Shown here piece by piece: positions 60,026-64,000 of a stretch of 64,000 nucleotides of DNA. Under the pieces are notes generated by a model that ran no database searches, was not told the DNA's origin, and was given only the letters and a program-made list of their open reading frames with translations. Source of the stretch: Paraspadella gotoi (lineage: Eukaryota; Animalia; Chaetognatha). Where the stretch lies: positions 1 to 64,000 of the forward strand of contig JBJCIZ010000868.1 in NCBI GenBank assembly GCA_051294375.1. Reading direction: 5' to 3'. The first letter of the stretch is position 1. Each line of letters opens with the position of its first letter. Position numbers and translations under genes: made by a program.

Positions 60026-61817
60026 ATGACCTTAAGTCTACCTTCGTCGCTTTCTCTGGTCGACCCGAGCCTGGCCGTCGCACCCAGTGGTAATAAAATC
60101 CTCGCCTCTCTCGACCTCCGAGCAAATTATTTTAATCCTTTGAATTTTTTGAAACTTTGCATTCTACCCCCTCAAGACAACTCTTTTTTACTGTTTACCC
60201 ATCTTCACCGGGTAATCATGGATTTGAACAAGTACGTATATCGTAAACAAAAAGAACGAGTACCAGTAATCAGGGAAACATGCGGAATTAGAAATAATAT
60301 TAAAATCGTAACATAATTATTCACCGAGAAATATACTTTTCTCGAACGTAAACAAAATGACATCGTTTTCACTGGAGTTTACTTGAACTATAGTTTTAGG
60401 GAACCGTACTTAGAATTGATCATGGAGAAGTTTCAAAAAGAAAATAATAACATTGTCATGATCGATAATTAATTCTACTGGCTCCTGGAGGAATATAAAA
60501 AAAACTAATAATAATTCCTTGACTATTATTGAGTTGTCGGAATACAAACGAAAGGGGGAAGACCACGAATGAACTGTTAACAAATGATTTTGTAACAATA
60601 ATTTTGAAAAGAAAAATTTATTCATTTCACTGCCAGAAACAAATTCGTCGATAGCCTAAAGTTTCTCATATCATTACTTATTGACGAGAATTTATTTCCG
60701 TTACATAACGTATACAAGGCCATCAGTACTAAATGTATTTTTATACAAAATAAGATCATAATAATAATTCCATCGTGTAATCACGAAAAACGTTCTATCT
60801 GACTCGATAGAACAGAAAAACTAAATGAATTCTCCTGGACTTATTTCAACAACATGAAATAACACGTACAAGACTCAAACGTAATGATTAATATTATTTG
60901 GCAATATTATGGAGCATATTAATTTGCAAGATTTTGACTGGATCATGGTATTAATTTTAGTTATGTTTTAATTATTCATTTTAGCTCACCCAAACTTGTG
61001 TTTAACGCTTGCCGGCGTTGTCGGGGCTGACACGTCCCAGAGGCACGCCTCGTGTGCAACTATTTGGCGGGCTGCCTTGGCACAGTGCTCCGGGAGGTGC
61101 ACTTTAACTCGAATGGGAATGGAGGCATCATCAACGTGGCGCAGCTGGTTCCCAGCTGCGCCTTGCCTCCTCCCGGCCCGCGACCTGCACTCCCGGACGA
61201 TTCCGCGGTGGCGGAGGCGGTGCCAGTGATGGGGCACTTCTCCCTACCCTCGCCGCGTTCGCCGTGCTCCTCTCCGCCATTGGCGAAGTCACCATCTTCA
61301 CCTGTTTCCCAAACGTCCGAAGAATTCCTTGGACGACGACCATCTTCTTCCGTCCGCGTGGCGTCCAATTTGTCGCCATCTTCCGCGGCGGCCAGGGACT
61401 CCTCACCGGGATCGGCGTCCCTCCCCCTTTCGGCGATCGTCTCGGATTACGAGAGCGTCGCCGGCGAAATCTTCCGCCGGCGAAGAATCAGAAAATGACT
61501 CGGAACCTGACTCTCCGGTTTTGGAGAGATCTCGTTCCGGGTCGCCGTCAGCACCAGGATCTCCCAGGTCGGAGAGATCCCGTTCTGGATCTCCATCCCC
61601 GGCACCGTCACCTCAGACATCTCCTCGGGACTCTCCGAGGAGTCCTCCATCTCCGCGATCAGAGCGATCTGGTTCGGAAGAGCCGTCATCTGCAGACGCC
61701 AGCCCGGCGCCATCTTCTCCGGCGGCTCTCAATGATGACGATGATGATGATGATGACGACGACGGTGGAATGGACGTCGAAGACATCGACTTCGAGGAGG
61801 GGGACTCCATGGATTAG
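60026..61817 (+). pseudogene. Antisense, probably spliced gene downstream of Gypsy D pol
   Basis: Long frames with few stops at 60026-60880, a GTAATG..TTTTAG intron-like segment 60881-60984, then CRRCRG*HVPEARLVC and an S/P/R-rich region with an acidic tail. Confidence 0.5.
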
Positions 61818-62456
61818 GAATAAGGTGAGGGGGCAGTTTCAATTTGTTTAAAACGCAATTTCAATTTGTTTAAATTCAACGTCGTAGAAAAAGTATAACT
61901 GGTAATAACGGAACATGCTGAGCCTAATACTTAGCAGAAGAAATCGCGGATTATTCCTTTCTACAGAGAGTGGAAGAAACTCAGCTACGTCGTAGATAGA
62001 TCGATCAGACCCATTCATTCACTACAAACATTCTTTTAGCTTTCTCTCATCCTTGATTTCGCTCAACTCCAACATTAGAGTTTAATTGGAGACTTTTATA
62101 CATCAACGAATAATAATAGAAACAGTAAACAACCACTGACCGACCAATCCTTGGTAGATCGATATCCATTTTATTCAATGGACTAACAGAGGAACTAACC
62201 ATATTTTCATTCTCCCTTCCAGACACTCAACGAGCGGCTGACGCTACTTCATTGGAACGGAAATCTCGGTCGATGCCCTTTTGTTCCACGATCCTGGCTT
62301 GCTCGTTGCGAACTCAGACGTAGCGCTACAATCAATCGTAATTAAGAGATGAAAAGATGAAAATATGAATAAATGAATAAAATGTAGTAATGAACAAACA
62401 GACGTAGAATTATTGTTATTGATTGAACACTGTTGAAAATAGATTAATAATCATAG

Positions 62457-63983
62457 TTACAACACCTTTTGACTTGAATCGTCCAAATAATAGTCAGTTA
62501 ATCTCGGGGGCAGCTTCCTCGATCGGTTCGAGCGCCTAGCAGCAGCTTCGCTAGCGCTCAAATGATGATCAATAACTTCATCGTCCGATTCAGACTCTCT
62601 TCCGGTTTTGTCGTCGAACGGTTCCTCTTGTTGACCCATTTCCATGATGATGGCTCTCTCAACAACTGGGCGCAAATGATTTGCATGAGTCACCCGTTCC
62701 TTGCCGGACTTTACGTCTCGAATGATGTAATTCACATCGGACAACTTTTTGGTGATTTCAAAAGTGGAATCAAAATATTTAGGAGCAAATGCTTTAGCTT
62801 CATGGGCGGCTATCGCAAACTTTCGGTAAAGAACTTTGTCACCAATATTAAACTCAGGAATTTTAGAAAGAAGATCATAATACCTTTTTTGTATCGCCAG
62901 CTCATGACCCATATGTTCCATTACGGCGCGGAACAATCTCGATTGCCTGTCTTGCAACCCTCGAACGGTGCCTGAAATAGTTTCTCCCGCGTTTTCCACC
63001 GGATAAACAAGCGTCATCGGAACAAACATTTCACTACCGGTGAGTGTTTTGAAAGGAGAAAAAGAGGTAGAACGATTTGGCGTCGCGTTAACTGCCAATT
63101 GTGCCTTCTTCAGGCGTGTATCCCATTCAGCGCCGTCCAATCGATCACCATCAGCATCCGGTTCCATCAACATGGCAGTCACGAGACCTGAAATGGAGCG
63201 AATGTTTCTTTCAACCAAACCGTCTCCCATCGGATGGAAAGGAACCGTCTTTGTCTTGTGGATGCCGAGGAGATGATAGAAATCTTTTGCGGCGGCGCCA
63301 TGAAACGTCGGTGACGCATCACTATGAAACGCGAATGGAACTCCGAAATATTCAATTTAATGCTCATACAATGCAGTAAGTACTTCTTCTGCAGTAACTC
63401 CTTTTAAACCAGCGAGAATAGTTAATCGACTGAAATAATCAGTGATAATCAATATATAACGGAATTTGTTTATGTTAGTCTCTCTTAAAGGGCCTTTAAT
63501 ATCAAATGCAACTCTTTCATTGAAATAACTGCAATAATCTTGTTGCAACGGGGCTTTACGGTTTTGCTGCTTTCTCCTTTGACATATTCCGCACGAACGA
63601 ATCCAGTCTTCGACGACGGCGGCCAAACCAAAAATGTAATATCGACGTTGGAGAAATTCAACCGTTTTATTCTGTCCCCAATGACCTTGGTTGTCGTGCG
63701 CTAAGCGCAGCAATTCCAAAACTGCATTCTCAGGTACCACGGCCAAATTCTTACCTTGTCCGTCCTTGCCCGTCCAAACTCGAACTATTACATCATTACT
63801 TACCTTGAATTGGTCGAAACTTGCGTAGTACGACCTTAGTGCGGGACTTTCCTTACGCGCCTCTTTTCTTTCAGAACGTTGACCGGTCTCTATCCAAGCC
63901 TTGAGCTTGATCAAGTCCCCATCGCTCTCTTGTAACGGCCTCCACTTCCTCCACAGATCCTGTTGGATCAAGGCGTCCCCCAA
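62457..63983 (-). pseudogene. pol: Integrase of Gypsy D, frameshifted
   Basis: HDNQGHWG..CGICQRRK, VAFDIKGPL, HPMGDGLVERNIR, VTHANHLRP. Confidence 0.93.
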
Positions 63984-64000
63984 TCCGGGATCAGTATCGG

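Larger units (their letters stand above)
59220..64000 (-). mobile_element. Gypsy element D (relative of C), 3' part; extends beyond the window
   Basis: Integrase closely similar to Gypsy C (MLMEPDADGDRLDGAEWD). A 3' LTR is tentatively placed at 59220-~59756 (TGTAA terminus, runs into a gap). Confidence 0.6.

Noticed and set aside
1-64000. Naming the host species
   Set aside because: No diagnostic marker gene is present; only a metazoan-like repeat landscape is supported.

Overview
Eukaryotic (metazoan-like), AT-rich, repeat-dense DNA from a draft assembly with N gaps. (1) 1-21.5 kb is a decayed Polinton/Maverick-like virus-derived element. It has a protein-primed polB whose catalytic core is missing, with a hammerhead ribozyme motif at the break. 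It also has an adenain-type protease lacking its His motif, an intron-containing RING gene, a tandem PC4-like gene and several spliced orphan genes. About 8.5 kb of it is repeated in tandem as an indel-rich copy that is probably an assembly artefact. (2) 18.4-30.7 kb holds large modular inverted repeats around a LINE fragment and a Helentron/DINE-1-like element. (3) A minus-strand host gene with GCC2/GCC3 (ephrin-receptor-like) Cys repeats has exons at 56.6-56.9 kb and 30.7-31.2 kb that are absent from the ORF track. (4) There are four Ty3/Gypsy LTR elements. Two related ones carry multi-kb regions after pol with apparently spliced antisense genes. (5) Two ~210-230 bp palindromic, TSD-flanked hammerhead (Penelope pLTR-like) mini-elements, a Kolobok-like element and a 7-bp-TSD DNA element are also present. 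All calls come from reading motifs by eye; no database search was run.
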